Shown: positions 1-9,700 of the stretch, piece after piece
How positions within the stretch are numbered: the first letter of the stretch is position 1
How the letters are laid out: the number at the start of each line of letters is the position of its first letter
NCBI GenBank assembly: GCA_037443035.1
Contig: JBBIPC010000007.1
Span: forward strand, 32,001 to 96,000
DNA length: 64,000 nt
Origin: Chthonomonadales bacterium
Lineage (GTDB): Bacteria; Armatimonadota; Chthonomonadetes; Chthonomonadales; CAJBBX01
Reading direction: 5' to 3'
Notes under the pieces: model-generated
What the model saw: the letters and a program-made list of their open reading frames with translations, nothing else
Database searches by the model: none
What the model was told of the DNA's origin: nothing
Translations under genes and position numbers: made by a program

Positions 1-753
1 GAAGAGCTCGTTCTCGAGATAGTCGAACCTCCCAGTGCGACGCATCATGGGCACGGTGATCTGCTTGCCATCTCCGGTCGTGAAAGTGGCATCCCTCGTC
101 GCCGCGACGGGGAACGCGTCCGTCCAACCTGCCTTGAAGTAGATGGCGTTGGTTAGTACCAGCATGGCGTCACGCAGCGCATCAGCGGCAACAATATCCT
201 TGATCTTCTCCCGCGTCTTCTGCTTGACCCAGTCGTTGATTCGCGTAGCTGCCTCCGGGGAGAGGAAATCCACAGAGTAGGGTTCGGCAAGAAAGCTGTC
301 CTTGCATCGCTGCATGAAGCCCGCATCGTACGCCACTCCCTGCTTTCCCCAGAGAGCGTTGGCGACGTACAGGTCCACCTTGGGATCGGGATTGGCCAGC
401 AGAGCCAGAAGCTCGGCGTTGGCCTTGTTGACCTCGTCCAGGCTCATGTCGCCATAGGAAAGCGCCTTGGCCATGCCGGCTCTAGTCTTGCCACGTGCTC
501 CGTTGTACGTCATCCCCAGCGCCAACTCGATGCTGGCCGGTGAAAGGAAGACGTTCCCCGGCTTCTCAGCAAGCTGCCGGTACAGCGCGAAACCGAAGTC
601 GTTCATCGCCGCCACTAGCTTCGGTTCCACCCTCAGGTCGGCCGATCGAGCTCCCCGGTCTGCCACGTTGCCGTCTCCTTCCCCGCATCCAGCGAAGCAA
701 CCCGATAGTGCCACCAGTGCCGCCACTGAGCCAAGGTACCGCATTCCGTGCAT
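1..753 (-). CDS. Serpin family protein, probable lipoprotein (3' end runs off the window)
   Basis: Manual translation (absent from the ORF track): MHGMRYLGSVAALVALSGCFAGC...NDFGFALYRQL..NVFLSPASIELAL...INDWVKQKT..KI...LVLTNAIYFKAGW...VPMM, all serpin motifs. GAGGAG RBS upstream of the ATG at 753. Confidence 0.92.
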   Translation of the reverse strand, partial: MHGMRYLGSVAALVALSGCFAGCGEGDGNVADRGARSADLRVEPKLVAAMNDFGFALYRQLAEKPGNVFLSPASIELALGMTYNGARGKTRAGMAKALSYGDMSLDEVNKANAELLALLANPDPKVDLYVANALWGKQGVAYDAGFMQRCKDSFLAEPYSVDFLSPEAATRINDWVKQKTREKIKDIVAADALRDAMLVLTNAIYFKAGWTDAFPVAATRDATFTTGDGKQITVPMMRRTGRFDYLENELF

Positions 754-792
754 CGAAGTGCCCTCCTCAGAGGACGAATTGGTTACACGGGC

Positions 793-821
793 ATTATAAC
801 CCGGCCTGTGCCTTCCTGCAA
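793..821 (-). promoter_or_regulatory. Sigma70-type promoter for the serpin gene
   Basis: Minus strand TTGCAG-17 nt-TATAAT. Confidence 0.55.
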
Positions 822-941
822 GGCTCGTTTGGAGCTCAGGGCCGCTCGGGGCGGTACACTTCTCGGCATGACCCGAACTGTGCTTGGCGACCCGCGGAGC
901 AGCACTCCATGCGGGACCTTTCGAACCACGGTTACACGCGC

Positions 942-2234
942 ATGACCACTGACGCGGAGGAACTGCTTGTTCCGCGTTGGCGCAAGGCAGCGCTGGCCAT
1001 CTGCATGTTCTTGATCACCGCCTCGTTCGGCTTCCTTCAGCCCTTCGTGCCGCTCTACATGGAAGCGTCCGGACTGACACGCAGTCGCATAGGCCTGGTG
1101 ACAGGATTTGGCACCGCACTTGCCCTGCTCATCCAGCCCGTGCTAGGCAAGCTGTCCGACAGATTGGACACTCGGCGGCCCCTCATGTTCGCCTCGGCTC
1201 TGGCAGCAGGAGTGGCGTACTCCTGCTATCGCTTCGCCCATTCGCCTCTCGAGTTCATGTTGCTGAGCGCTGTTGGCGTCAATGGTACGATCTACCTCAA
1301 CGCGGCCGGTGGCGTTCTCGTCGGCCGCATGGTGGGCAGCCGGCGAGGCGGAAGCGCCTACGCCCGCTATCGGGTGTGGGGGTCTGTCGGCTATATCGTC
1401 GTGGCACTCTTGACCGGTTGGTTGCTCTACCGCCATACGGCATCGCATGCCGCCATGACTCGAATACTCCTGGAGCCAGTGTTCCTTTATGGTCCCTGGC
1501 TGTTCGCGATCATCGCCATAGCGTGCATGTTCGTTCCAGACGTGCCAACAGAGCCCTCCGCCGTGCCCAGGAACCACCGTCGTGGTTCCGCTGCACCATC
1601 CGCGGGACTGGATCCTCGCGTCCGGCCCTTTCTTGTCTCCTTCTTCTTCTATCAGTTCGCTCTCTATGGCGCTTCGGCATATCTCAGCCTTTTCATGAAG
1701 GAGTTGGGCGCATCTCCGCCGTGGATCACGGCCACCTTCGCCACAGGCGTCGTCTGCGAGGTCCTCGTCATGACCCAAGTCGGGCGTCTGGCAGACCTCT
1801 ACGGCCGCAAACCGATCCTGACCATTGCCTTCACCATCATGCCGCTGCGTCTGCTCTGCTACATCCCCGCCACGGGACCTCTCTGGGTGATGGCAGTCCA
1901 AAGCCTCCATGGCCTGAACTTCGGGATCATGGGAGCCATCGCCATCGTGTTCATCAACGATCTGGCGACGAATCAGGACCGAGGTGCAGCCCAGGCCCGA
2001 CTTGCCGCGGTGGGGGGTCTTGCCACGGCTTTTGGTCCGGCTACTTGCGGATGGATCGCTCAGCGCTGGGGCATCGGCTCCATGTTCGCCGCCATGGCCG
2101 GCGTGGGATCCGTTGGAGCAGCGATCTTCCTTGCACGGGTCCAGGAATCCCATCCGGCCCCTGGGAACCCCATCGAGTGCGCCCCCGCCGCCCTCCGCCC
2201 GATCCTGCGACGTCTCTGGCGCAGGATTGCCTGA
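942..2234 (+). CDS. MFS transporter
   Basis: About 12 hydrophobic segments with MFS motif A twice (GKLSDRLDTRR, GRLADLYGRK). Start moved from 495 to the ATG at 942 because the longer ORF overlaps the serpin. Confidence 0.88.
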   Translation: MTTDAEELLVPRWRKAALAICMFLITASFGFLQPFVPLYMEASGLTRSRIGLVTGFGTALALLIQPVLGKLSDRLDTRRPLMFASALAAGVAYSCYRFAHSPLEFMLLSAVGVNGTIYLNAAGGVLVGRMVGSRRGGSAYARYRVWGSVGYIVVALLTGWLLYRHTASHAAMTRILLEPVFLYGPWLFAIIAIACMFVPDVPTEPSAVPRNHRRGSAAPSAGLDPRVRPFLVSFFFYQFALYGASAYLSLFMKELGASPPWITATFATGVVCEVLVMTQVGRLADLYGRKPILTIAFTIMPLRLLCYIPATGPLWVMAVQSLHGLNFGIMGAIAIVFINDLATNQDRGAAQARLAAVGGLATAFGPATCGWIAQRWGIGSMFAAMAGVGSVGAAIFLARVQESHPAPGNPIECAPAALRPILRRLWRRIA

Positions 2235-2253
2235 TCGTCCGGCGTTCTGGGCA

Positions 2254-2325
2254 GAGTCTTGCCTCACCCAAGCACCTGACGGAAAGCGCCCCGTCCAAAG
2301 TCAGATATTACGTGAAGCAACGCGC
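2254..2325. mobile_element. Miniature IS-end-like element, copy 1 (72 bp)
   Basis: GAGTCTTGCCTCACCCAAGCACCTGAC (2254-2280) with an imperfect inverted partner GTCAGATATTACGTGAAGCAACGCGC (2300-2325). 2254-2288 matches 4826-4860 at 31/35 positions. Confidence 0.55.
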
Positions 2326-2407
2326 TGGGTAAATCTTGACATTTACAATGGGGTACACTGGACCTCGTAACGCTTAGTCGAATGCTCGCGCTGGAGAACA
2401 ATCGAGT

Positions 2408-4699
2408 ATGTCCACACTTCGGACTTCGGCCGACATTAGTCATCCGACCATTTCCGTTGCTTGTCTTGCGCTGGCAGGACTTGGGCTTTGCGCTGTAGCG
2501 GCCAAACCAGCAGCCTTGCCATCCCTTCTAGCAGCCTGGGGAGCACGCGCAGTTAGCCTTGACTTCCTCGCGCGAAACTTCGATCGTTACGCGACCCATA
2601 TTGGCGCTCTTGGGATTGTCATTACGGCTTTGGCCGTGATCTTGTGGTGGCATCCAACGCGCTATGCCGCTCTCCTTGCGAAGGTTGGCGACAGGAGCGA
2701 GCTGCTCGACCGGTGTGAGGAATCCAACCCACTTTGTCATAGAGTGGTCTTGCGCTGGATTGCAGTTGCGCTGGTCTTGCTCGTACCTGTTGCGATCGTA
2801 TCCATTCCGCTCGCGGACTTCTCGCTCGACGACTATCCTATCGAGCGCGTTCTCGATGAGAAAGGAGCCACGGCATCGTTGCTTACTCCTCATTTGGGAC
2901 ACTCGATGCCGGGATATCGGCTGGAAGTGCTCGTAGCGCGGCGTCTGTTCGGGTTGGCCCCCGCGCCGAGAGCGATCGCGGTGTGGATCATGCTTGTCGC
3001 CACGATAACGGGGCTTTGTGTGTTCCTGAGAATGGTTGGGATGGCTTCTATACCTGCGCTGGCGGCACCTGCAGTGCTGACGGTGTGGACAGGAATGACC
3101 GATGTTTCCGCTGGCTTCTTCGGCAGCTCACCCTACATGCAGGTTCTTGGATGCGGTCTGTGGGCTCTGTCAGGTATGGGGATGTGGCTGAAAGGGATAC
3201 GTACGGGATTTGGCCATGTCTTGGCATGGTGTCCACTATTGGTGGTGGCCACCCTTATCGACAATGCCGGTCTATGGGTGATACCTGCCGCGATTATCGT
3301 TTCGATAGGCATCCCGCTCAGCGGTGAGAGGGCGGATATGGTCAGGCGCCGTCGAGGCGCGATCTTCACGGTGGTGGCTGTGGGCACAATCATGACTTTT
3401 GTCCACCTGTTGATCCTACTTGCGCGCGGTTCCCGTGGAGATCTACTGGCCGGAGGCCATGCAAGAACACTTGTGACGTTTGCCAACGATATTGGCTATG
3501 TGGTCGCCAATTCTTGGCAGCACATGATTTCCGGCCCGCTCGACATTGAGCGCGTCCAGTGGGCATTATTGGCTCCATTAGTTGCGAGTTTCATTGCTGG
3601 TTGGTGGAGCTCAAATGCGATGTGGCGCCGGGTTATTCTCATGATGTTGTCTTCTCTTGTCATCGCAGCCGCGTTTGTCGCAATCGGACGCCCTGGTATT
3701 CACGTACGAGGCGCTAACACTCAACACCTCTGGGTAGTTGCAGCGTTCTTAGTTTCATCGGCTGCCGCAGTCTTGCATTCAGCGTACGCACGTTCCGTTG
3801 TATGGCGCGATCGCGTGATCGAGTTTGTCTTGTTCATAATCATATTCAGCCTTCCCGTCCGCGTCCTCGGCTTGCTTTCGGCGAAATTCGACTGGGCCTA
3901 CAGGCGCGTCGAAGCTAACGCTGTTCGGAGTTTTGGCAACTGGCTCTCAACCGTATCTGAAAAGCAGAGGGTCTTGCGGGTGCCGTGGATCGGAGGGGAG
4001 CGCATGTGTCAAACGGTGCGCGGTTTGGAGCCGAACCCGTATGACATTGTCACGTACACACCTTTTCTTGCATCCCCTGGCACTAGAATCGAGTTCGTCG
4101 TGGCGCAAGGAGCCCAAGTGCCCCTGTCAAAGGATGTAAGTTTGGCTCGCAGGCCGAGCACCGCCATCTCACCGAAGCTTATCGACGCTATTAGGAGCAC
4201 CTCCAACATTGACCTCATGTTCTTCGGGCCTATCAATCTCACCCTGACCAAGCATCCGTTCCGTCTGGACTTGGCACCTGCGACACTACACAACAACGTG
4301 GATCACAGGCATCTGGTAGGAGCATCGGGAAAGTCCATACAGGGAAATAAGCAGCTCGAGTTCGTTTCCAACGGCCAAGCCATCTATTATCTGCGGCGCG
4401 GCGCTCTCGACACGTCGACCTCGCACGTCGTAGAGGTCTCTGCGTGGCGTGTTCATCCTGCGGAGAGCGCACGCGTCCTGGTCGCTTACGAGAGTCCGTA
4501 CGGCGATGGCGTTTCCCCGGACTGGATTGTTGTACCGTCAGAGCCTATGAACGAGGAGGTATTGCGCGTTAACCTCGCGCGACAGCCGCGGTTTGCGCTA
4601 TGTGACCGTGTCAAGGATCTGCGTCTGGTCTTTGTGCAGCCTGGCACCTACCGTGTTCGGGCCGCAGGCGTCTTTGGAGCCAGGGCTGTGACACGGTAA
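2408..4699 (+). CDS. Polytopic membrane protein with a C-terminal soluble domain, GT-C glycosyltransferase-like
   Basis: 763 aa ORF with more than 10 TM-like segments and a DD pair (FSLDDY) after an early TM. Lower GC than its neighbours. The GT-C call is an inference. Confidence 0.6.
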   Translation: MSTLRTSADISHPTISVACLALAGLGLCAVAAKPAALPSLLAAWGARAVSLDFLARNFDRYATHIGALGIVITALAVILWWHPTRYAALLAKVGDRSELLDRCEESNPLCHRVVLRWIAVALVLLVPVAIVSIPLADFSLDDYPIERVLDEKGATASLLTPHLGHSMPGYRLEVLVARRLFGLAPAPRAIAVWIMLVATITGLCVFLRMVGMASIPALAAPAVLTVWTGMTDVSAGFFGSSPYMQVLGCGLWALSGMGMWLKGIRTGFGHVLAWCPLLVVATLIDNAGLWVIPAAIIVSIGIPLSGERADMVRRRRGAIFTVVAVGTIMTFVHLLILLARGSRGDLLAGGHARTLVTFANDIGYVVANSWQHMISGPLDIERVQWALLAPLVASFIAGWWSSNAMWRRVILMMLSSLVIAAAFVAIGRPGIHVRGANTQHLWVVAAFLVSSAAAVLHSAYARSVVWRDRVIEFVLFIIIFSLPVRVLGLLSAKFDWAYRRVEANAVRSFGNWLSTVSEKQRVLRVPWIGGERMCQTVRGLEPNPYDIVTYTPFLASPGTRIEFVVAQGAQVPLSKDVSLARRPSTAISPKLIDAIRSTSNIDLMFFGPINLTLTKHPFRLDLAPATLHNNVDHRHLVGASGKSIQGNKQLEFVSNGQAIYYLRRGALDTSTSHVVEVSAWRVHPAESARVLVAYESPYGDGVSPDWIVVPSEPMNEEVLRVNLARQPRFALCDRVKDLRLVFVQPGTYRVRAAGVFGARAVTR

Positions 4700-4825
4700 G
4701 CAGTTCATCCATGGGTGGTGTCGGGTTCATAGTTCGTATCGACCCGGATCAGCGCTCTTCCTGACTTCTTCGCGTTCCCGCGCCGTGCCTGAACCCTCTT
4801 GACTGACAAGGATCCGTCGCTGCCG

Positions 4826-5010
4826 GAGTCTTGCCTCACACAAGAACCTGACCGAGAGCGTCTCGTTGCGTCATTTCATCGTATGACCGATGTCGCCCGA
4901 CACAGTCGCATGGCGGTGAGTGTCATGCGATGCTCCATGGTGGCAGCGTTCAGGCTTGCGCTTCTCTCTTGAGGAAACACACAGTCAGATTCTTATCTGA
5001 GGCGACGATC
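4826..5010. mobile_element. MITE-like / internally deleted IS remnant, copy 2 (185 bp)
   Basis: 27 bp imperfect terminal inverted repeats: 4826-4852 versus the reverse complement of 4984-5010 (GATCGTCGCCTCAGATAAGAATCTGAC), 20/27 identical. No transposase ORF inside. Confidence 0.6.
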
Positions 5011-5045
5011 CTCCACTGTCAGGTGCTGCGCGAAGCAAGCGGCCG

Positions 5046-5075
5046 TTGACTCCGCCCTCGCGGTTGTGCTATCTT
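5046..5075 (+). promoter_or_regulatory. Sigma70-type promoter with extended -10
   Basis: TTGACT-18 nt-TATCTT, preceded by TGn. Confidence 0.6.
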
Positions 5076-5183
5076 AACGGTCTGCCGGAGCTATCGCTGG
5101 CCGGAGGGGTGTTTGTCGGCCTTACGGTAGCCACCGGCGGGCTGCCCTGATCCGAGCTGCTTCACGGGAAAGGAGGGCAACTA

Positions 5184-5885
5184 TTGACAACGAATCTACC
5201 TGCTCGCCGAAGTGCGCTGGCGGCCATGGTCGCGGCGATGTTGATGCTGGCGGCGAACGGTGTCTTCGAGCGTACGACCGCTGCCGCTGACAGCGAAAGT
5301 ACCGCACAGGCGTCTAGCATCAGCGTGCGTACCGTCGAGGTGCGCGAACCCATTCCCTACGAGACTATCGAAAAGCCCACCAACGACCTGCGTGTGGGCA
5401 CATCGAAGACCACCCGTCCGGGAGTCCCTGGCGAAGCGGTTGTGACCTACCGAGTGACGATGCAGAATGAGCGCGAGATCCACAGGGAGGTCATCGAACG
5501 CAAGACCCTCAAGTCACCTGTGGCGGAGATCGTCCAGGTCGGACGGTCGTCGGTCAATATCTCCCGCGGACGCATGCCATCCCGTGGCTACTTCGCCGGA
5601 CGACGCGTCTTGACCATGATAGCGACAGGTTACGATCCAAGCCCGGCATCCAACGGTGGATACAGCCGAACCAGCACGGGGCTGAAGATTGGCCACGGAG
5701 TGGTCGCCGTAGATCCCAGAGTGATCCCCATCGGTACGAGGCTCTACATCGAAGGCTACGGTTACGCTGTGGCCGCTGATGTCGGAGGGGCGATCAAAGG
5801 TAATCGCATCGATCTCGGACACGACTCATCGCGAGGCGCGCGGAACATCGGTCGCAGGGTTGTGCGCGTGCATATCCTCGACTGA
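5184..5885 (+). CDS. G5 + 3D domain cell-wall protein (YabE/Sps-like lytic transglycosylase)
   Basis: Signal peptide; G5-like EPIPYET..GVPG...EIVQVG; 3D motifs ATGY, VAVDPRVIPIGTRLYIEGYG..AADVGGAIKGNRIDL. TTG start with AGGAGG RBS. Confidence 0.92.
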   Translation: MTTNLPARRSALAAMVAAMLMLAANGVFERTTAAADSESTAQASSISVRTVEVREPIPYETIEKPTNDLRVGTSKTTRPGVPGEAVVTYRVTMQNEREIHREVIERKTLKSPVAEIVQVGRSSVNISRGRMPSRGYFAGRRVLTMIATGYDPSPASNGGYSRTSTGLKIGHGVVAVDPRVIPIGTRLYIEGYGYAVAADVGGAIKGNRIDLGHDSSRGARNIGRRVVRVHILD

Positions 5886-5926
5886 AAGACGGCCCGGCGC
5901 TCTCGTGCACCGGGCTTCTCTCTAAG

Positions 5927-6823
5927 ATGGACCCGGCCCAGCCCAGCACCATGCGGGCCCTCTTGCGACGTCATGGACTACGCCCCAACAAACGGCTGGG
6001 CCAGCATTTCCTCTGCGATGGCAACATCCTGGATCGGATCGCTCAGGAGGCTCTAGCAGGTGACTCGTTACCCGTTGTGGAAATCGGCGCTGGGCCAGGT
6101 GCGCTCACGCTCCGGCTTGCCGCCAGGTCGCCTTCAGTTACAGCAGTGGAAGTGGACCAGTCCCTCCTGCCCATGCTCCGGGAGGTCGTCGCAGGGGTCT
6201 CTCAGGTCCGCGTCGTCCATGCGGACTTTCTCCGCCTTCCTACGCGCACCTTCCTAGACGAGTGCTTCGGTGGCGCGCCGGGGGTGGTCGCCGGCAACGT
6301 TCCCTATGGCATCACCGCACCCATCCTCGAACGCCTCTTCTCCTGCGGCGATCTGCTCGTACGCGCAGCTCTCCTCATCCAGACAGAAGTCGCCGACAGG
6401 CTCGGCGCTGCTCCAGGAACCCGCGAGTATGGTTCGCTGACCCTCTTCGCCGCCTACCACGGCCGCTTCCGACGCGTGCTATCCGTGCCAAAGCATCTCT
6501 TCTATCCACCCCCCGACGTCGGCAGCACCTTGGTGGTGTTCGAGCCAGGTTCAGAGCTGGCTCGCGACATCCTGAACCCCCAGATCTACTTTCGGCTCGT
6601 TCGCGCCGCTTTCAGTCAGCGCCGCAAGACCCTGGCCAACTCCCTTGCAGGAGCTGGCTTCGCGCCGAACGCACAGCTTGCGTGCGCTTGGCTGGAGACA
6701 TGCGGCATCGCTCCTGGCAGACGAGGCGAAACCCTTTCGCCCGAGGAGTACGGGAGACTGGCCAACTACCTTGCCGATCTGGGCTTTCCAGCTTCGGCAG
6801 GCGATAGCCGCACCGAGACGTAG
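5927..6823 (+). CDS. rsmA: 16S rRNA adenine dimethyltransferase RsmA/KsgA
   Basis: KRLGQHFL, VEIGAGPGALT, GNVPYGIT, FYPPPDV, AFSQRRKTL. Confidence 0.96.
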   Translation: MDPAQPSTMRALLRRHGLRPNKRLGQHFLCDGNILDRIAQEALAGDSLPVVEIGAGPGALTLRLAARSPSVTAVEVDQSLLPMLREVVAGVSQVRVVHADFLRLPTRTFLDECFGGAPGVVAGNVPYGITAPILERLFSCGDLLVRAALLIQTEVADRLGAAPGTREYGSLTLFAAYHGRFRRVLSVPKHLFYPPPDVGSTLVVFEPGSELARDILNPQIYFRLVRAAFSQRRKTLANSLAGAGFAPNAQLACAWLETCGIAPGRRGETLSPEEYGRLANYLADLGFPASAGDSRTET

Positions 6824-9246
6824 TGGACGACGGACGCCAGCTCGATCGTGCACGTCGGTCCGAGTCGCGTCACCCTGGCAGGTGCCACGTTGTCGGGGCT
6901 TACCGTGCTGGCATGGACCTGGCCTGACCACGGCAGATCCACGTGGATACGAACCGGACCACACGGACGTACCGTGTCCGTCGAAAGATCTATGGCCGTG
7001 TTGGCGCAATCCACATCGAGCGCTACTACCCCATCAGGCTTCCAGAGGGCGATCTCCAGCGTGCTTGGAGCCTCCGCCGAGACCAGCCTACGGCACGGAA
7101 GCCGGCCTATGAGGCTGGGAAGAAGCTCCTGCCGGCGCGATGACTGGAGGTAGTACTTCATTCCCAGGCCCTCTCCCAGGCTCACCCACCTACCCTTGCC
7201 GATCGTCCGCTCCGACGGCGATCCTTCTGAACCACCAGGGATCCCGAGCAGTCCTCTCTTCCTCGGCTCGAAGGCCCGTTCGACTCCGTGGCGACTTCCG
7301 CACGGTCCAGTCGTAACCAGGTAGCCGCCGTTGCGAACCCACCTCTCGATAGCCTGCAGCGCCTTATCGGAAAGGCACTCGACATCGGGGAGTATCAGCA
7401 CACGAATGCCACGTAGATGCTTCTCTTCGATACGCCAGTCCGGTAGCACTCGATACGGGAGATGAGCGTCCATTAGTGCGGTGCCCCAGCCCCAGTGCCC
7501 GAAGATGTTGGGTTGGCTGTCCATGTCCGGGAAACCGCCCGGGGCGAGTTCCCATAGCTGACAGTCCGGAGAGAATACGAGAGCGATGTCGGCGACGGGC
7601 CTGCGACGCACGAACCGTGTCTCGTGTGTGCGGAGGAAGTCGTTCCACCAGGCATGGCTCTGCAGCGTACCGGCAACACGCGGTTGACGAGGATCGCACA
7701 ACAGGACCGCACCGTTGGCGAATGCCTCGGCCATTAGCACTCGCCCGAGACCGGGCCGATTGGCCAGCCTACCAGCCTGGTTTTCCACGTAGTACCATGC
7801 CGCGCAATAGCGGGACGATTGATGCGCGAGCGCAGCCCGGTAGACCACAGCCATCTTCCCATCCGGCGGGAGCATGATGCCGCGCGTGCCGGTACCCATG
7901 TGCCAGCCCGGCGTCACCTCAGTGTGGACCATGTCGGTCCACTCCTCGCGGGCCCATCCAAGGCCGTAGAGGGGTATGTCGTTGCCACAGACGAGGAAAT
8001 CCGAGCATCCACCTTCGCGAGCACCCCTGTGGAGCGCACGATGGAGTGCTTTCAAGTCGCTTCGGGCCTGAATCTGCCTGCCGGCTCGATAGAGCCGCCA
8101 CAAAGCGTCTTCCTTCCATCGAGTGTCACGCCACGCCGGATCCGTCAGGTCGGCTGGGTCTGCAGCGCCATACATGCGCGCTCTGGCTCTCAACGACTCC
8201 CGGATATCGCCCGTTAGTGCCTCGCCCGCCTCGCGCACCGTCGCCTCAGGCGCGTCCCGAGACACATACTCGCGGAACCTGTGTACCGACCAGTCGCCAA
8301 ACGCATGGCGAATGGGCGGGTAGCCGAAGTTGTCCCAAGGCGACCAGTTGTCGCACCAGACACCGTGAACTCCTGCCTGTGCGATGGCGCGTGCCGAGGC
8401 CCGGGCATAGTCGCGCCAGAAGGGAGCCGACAGGTCCTTGTGGATGGAGATCACCCCGCACCAGACGTCCGTGCCGTCGGGGAGTCGTTCACCCTCGATC
8501 TCGTGGATGCCCGCCGTCGCCCGGAACAGCCCCTCGATCAGTGCGGGCGGCGCATCGCCACCCCGCGGTACACCGACAGCCGCGCCGAAGATAGGGTGCA
8601 GCTTCCCATTGATATCTTTCGAACCGCACGCATCCCAGATAGCTGCGTCCAGTGGCTCAGGAACGCCAGGTAGGCGGCCCGTGGCCGGTCTCCCATCGGG
8701 GTATCGCGGCGCCGGGATGCCTCTTGCGCGCAGCGTGTAGTGCGGCCGGAGATAATCCTGTTCCATTGCGCAGGCATGCACTCCGGCCCATCGGAACACG
8801 TTTCCATGCTCGAGTTTGCGATCGCCCCAGCACCAATGCGTGCGTACTGCCTTGGCCAACTCCGGATCATCGGACCGTAACGCGAACGAGCCGTCCTCCT
8901 TCCGAATTAGGGCGATGGCATAGACCATGCAATCGCCCACGCCCTCCACGTACGTCAGAATCCGTGCGCCGGCCTGTAGCACCTCTCTGGCGATGGAGCG
9001 CGTATCGAGGCAGGACAAGCGCTGGCACCAAGGTCCCCATGTGGGATCCGCGGCGATATTGCAGAGAAGCACGCGCGCACCTGACTTGTGGTACTCCTCC
9101 GGCGAAGCGGACTGTATCACCGTCGGCAGGATGTCCGACCAACGTGGAGACTGTTCGTCGGACCTTCGTCTCCACGGCAACGCGAGGGCGATGCTGCTGA
9201 TGAGTACTTCCCTGCGGGTTAGTTCCGGAGTGTCCTCCGATGGCAT
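6766..9246 (-). CDS. Tat-exported glycoside-hydrolase-like protein with a beta-galactosidase trimerization (GATase1-like) domain
   Basis: TRREVL twin-Arg signal; GVHGVWCDN barrel-like motif; C-terminal VLILPDVECLSD..IERWVRNGGYLVTTG. Start set at MPSEDT. Confidence 0.65.
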   Translation of the reverse strand: MPSEDTPELTRREVLISSIALALPWRRRSDEQSPRWSDILPTVIQSASPEEYHKSGARVLLCNIAADPTWGPWCQRLSCLDTRSIAREVLQAGARILTYVEGVGDCMVYAIALIRKEDGSFALRSDDPELAKAVRTHWCWGDRKLEHGNVFRWAGVHACAMEQDYLRPHYTLRARGIPAPRYPDGRPATGRLPGVPEPLDAAIWDACGSKDINGKLHPIFGAAVGVPRGGDAPPALIEGLFRATAGIHEIEGERLPDGTDVWCGVISIHKDLSAPFWRDYARASARAIAQAGVHGVWCDNWSPWDNFGYPPIRHAFGDWSVHRFREYVSRDAPEATVREAGEALTGDIRESLRARARMYGAADPADLTDPAWRDTRWKEDALWRLYRAGRQIQARSDLKALHRALHRGAREGGCSDFLVCGNDIPLYGLGWAREEWTDMVHTEVTPGWHMGTGTRGIMLPPDGKMAVVYRAALAHQSSRYCAAWYYVENQAGRLANRPGLGRVLMAEAFANGAVLLCDPRQPRVAGTLQSHAWWNDFLRTHETRFVRRRPVADIALVFSPDCQLWELAPGGFPDMDSQPNIFGHWGWGTALMDAHLPYRVLPDWRIEEKHLRGIRVLILPDVECLSDKALQAIERWVRNGGYLVTTGPCGSRHGVERAFEPRKRGLLGIPGGSEGSPSERTIGKGRWVSLGEGLGMKYYLQSSRRQELLPSLIGRLPCRRLVSAEAPSTLEIALWKPDGVVALDVDCANTAIDLSTDTVRPCGPVRIHVDLPWSGQVHASTVSPDNVAPARVTRLGPTCTIELASVVHYVSVRLSPAEAGKPRSAR

Positions 9247-9250
9247 GCCG

Positions 9251-9691
9251 TCACGTGGCTGGATCAGTATCGGAGTCGGTCTGAGCGGTCTCTTCGACGT
9301 TTGTTGCCTTCGCTTCCGGAACCTCCTCGGCGGCCTTCTCAGCATCCAGCGCTGCCTTGGCTGCCGCACCAATGCGCATGGTCAGAAGGTCCGCGTCCCT
9401 GGCTTCGCCAGCCACGATCTCCCCGTACTGGGCACCTCCATCTACTCCCTTCCACGCGAAGACCAGACGTGCGTTTTTCATGTGCGAAAGGAAGCCGTGG
9501 GCGTGGCCCACGACCTCTCGGGCGGCAGATGGGCTCGTCACGGCTATCGCTATGCGCTGATACCCCTGGGCGTCTGCTACTTCGTCAGCAGGAGGCTCGA
9601 CCAGGCGGCCCCGCAAGTGCGGCACCACCCTTTCTACGAAGGCGTCGCGGTCCCGGTCCGTCACGAAGTGCAAGGTCAGGATGAACGGCAT
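9251..9691 (-). CDS. Hypothetical protein with an acidic C-terminal tail
   Basis: 146 aa ORF packed between co-oriented genes (gaps of 4 and 9 bp); GAGGT RBS. Confidence 0.7.
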   Translation of the reverse strand: MPFILTLHFVTDRDRDAFVERVVPHLRGRLVEPPADEVADAQGYQRIAIAVTSPSAAREVVGHAHGFLSHMKNARLVFAWKGVDGGAQYGEIVAGEARDADLLTMRIGAAAKAALDAEKAAEEVPEAKATNVEETAQTDSDTDPAT

Positions 9692-9700
9692 GGCTACACC

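Noticed and set aside
495..941. N-terminal extension of the MFS ORF to 579 aa
   Set aside because: It overlaps the opposite-strand serpin and its promoter; MFS-like sequence begins near 942.
977..2332. Long alternative-frame ORFs (also 8927-10279, 16299-17609, 54164-55702, 56811-58004)
   Set aside because: Arg/Pro/Ala-rich shadow frames of well-supported genes in GC-rich DNA, with no recognisable motifs.
2336..2359. TTGACA...TACACT promoter for the 763-aa gene
   Set aside because: The spacer is only 12 nt.
5080..5183. c-di-AMP (ydaO) riboswitch
   Set aside because: The gene context fits, but I could not find the conserved GCTGAATCC or CCCGTCAGCTAAC-type segments. Kept only as an unclassified structured leader.
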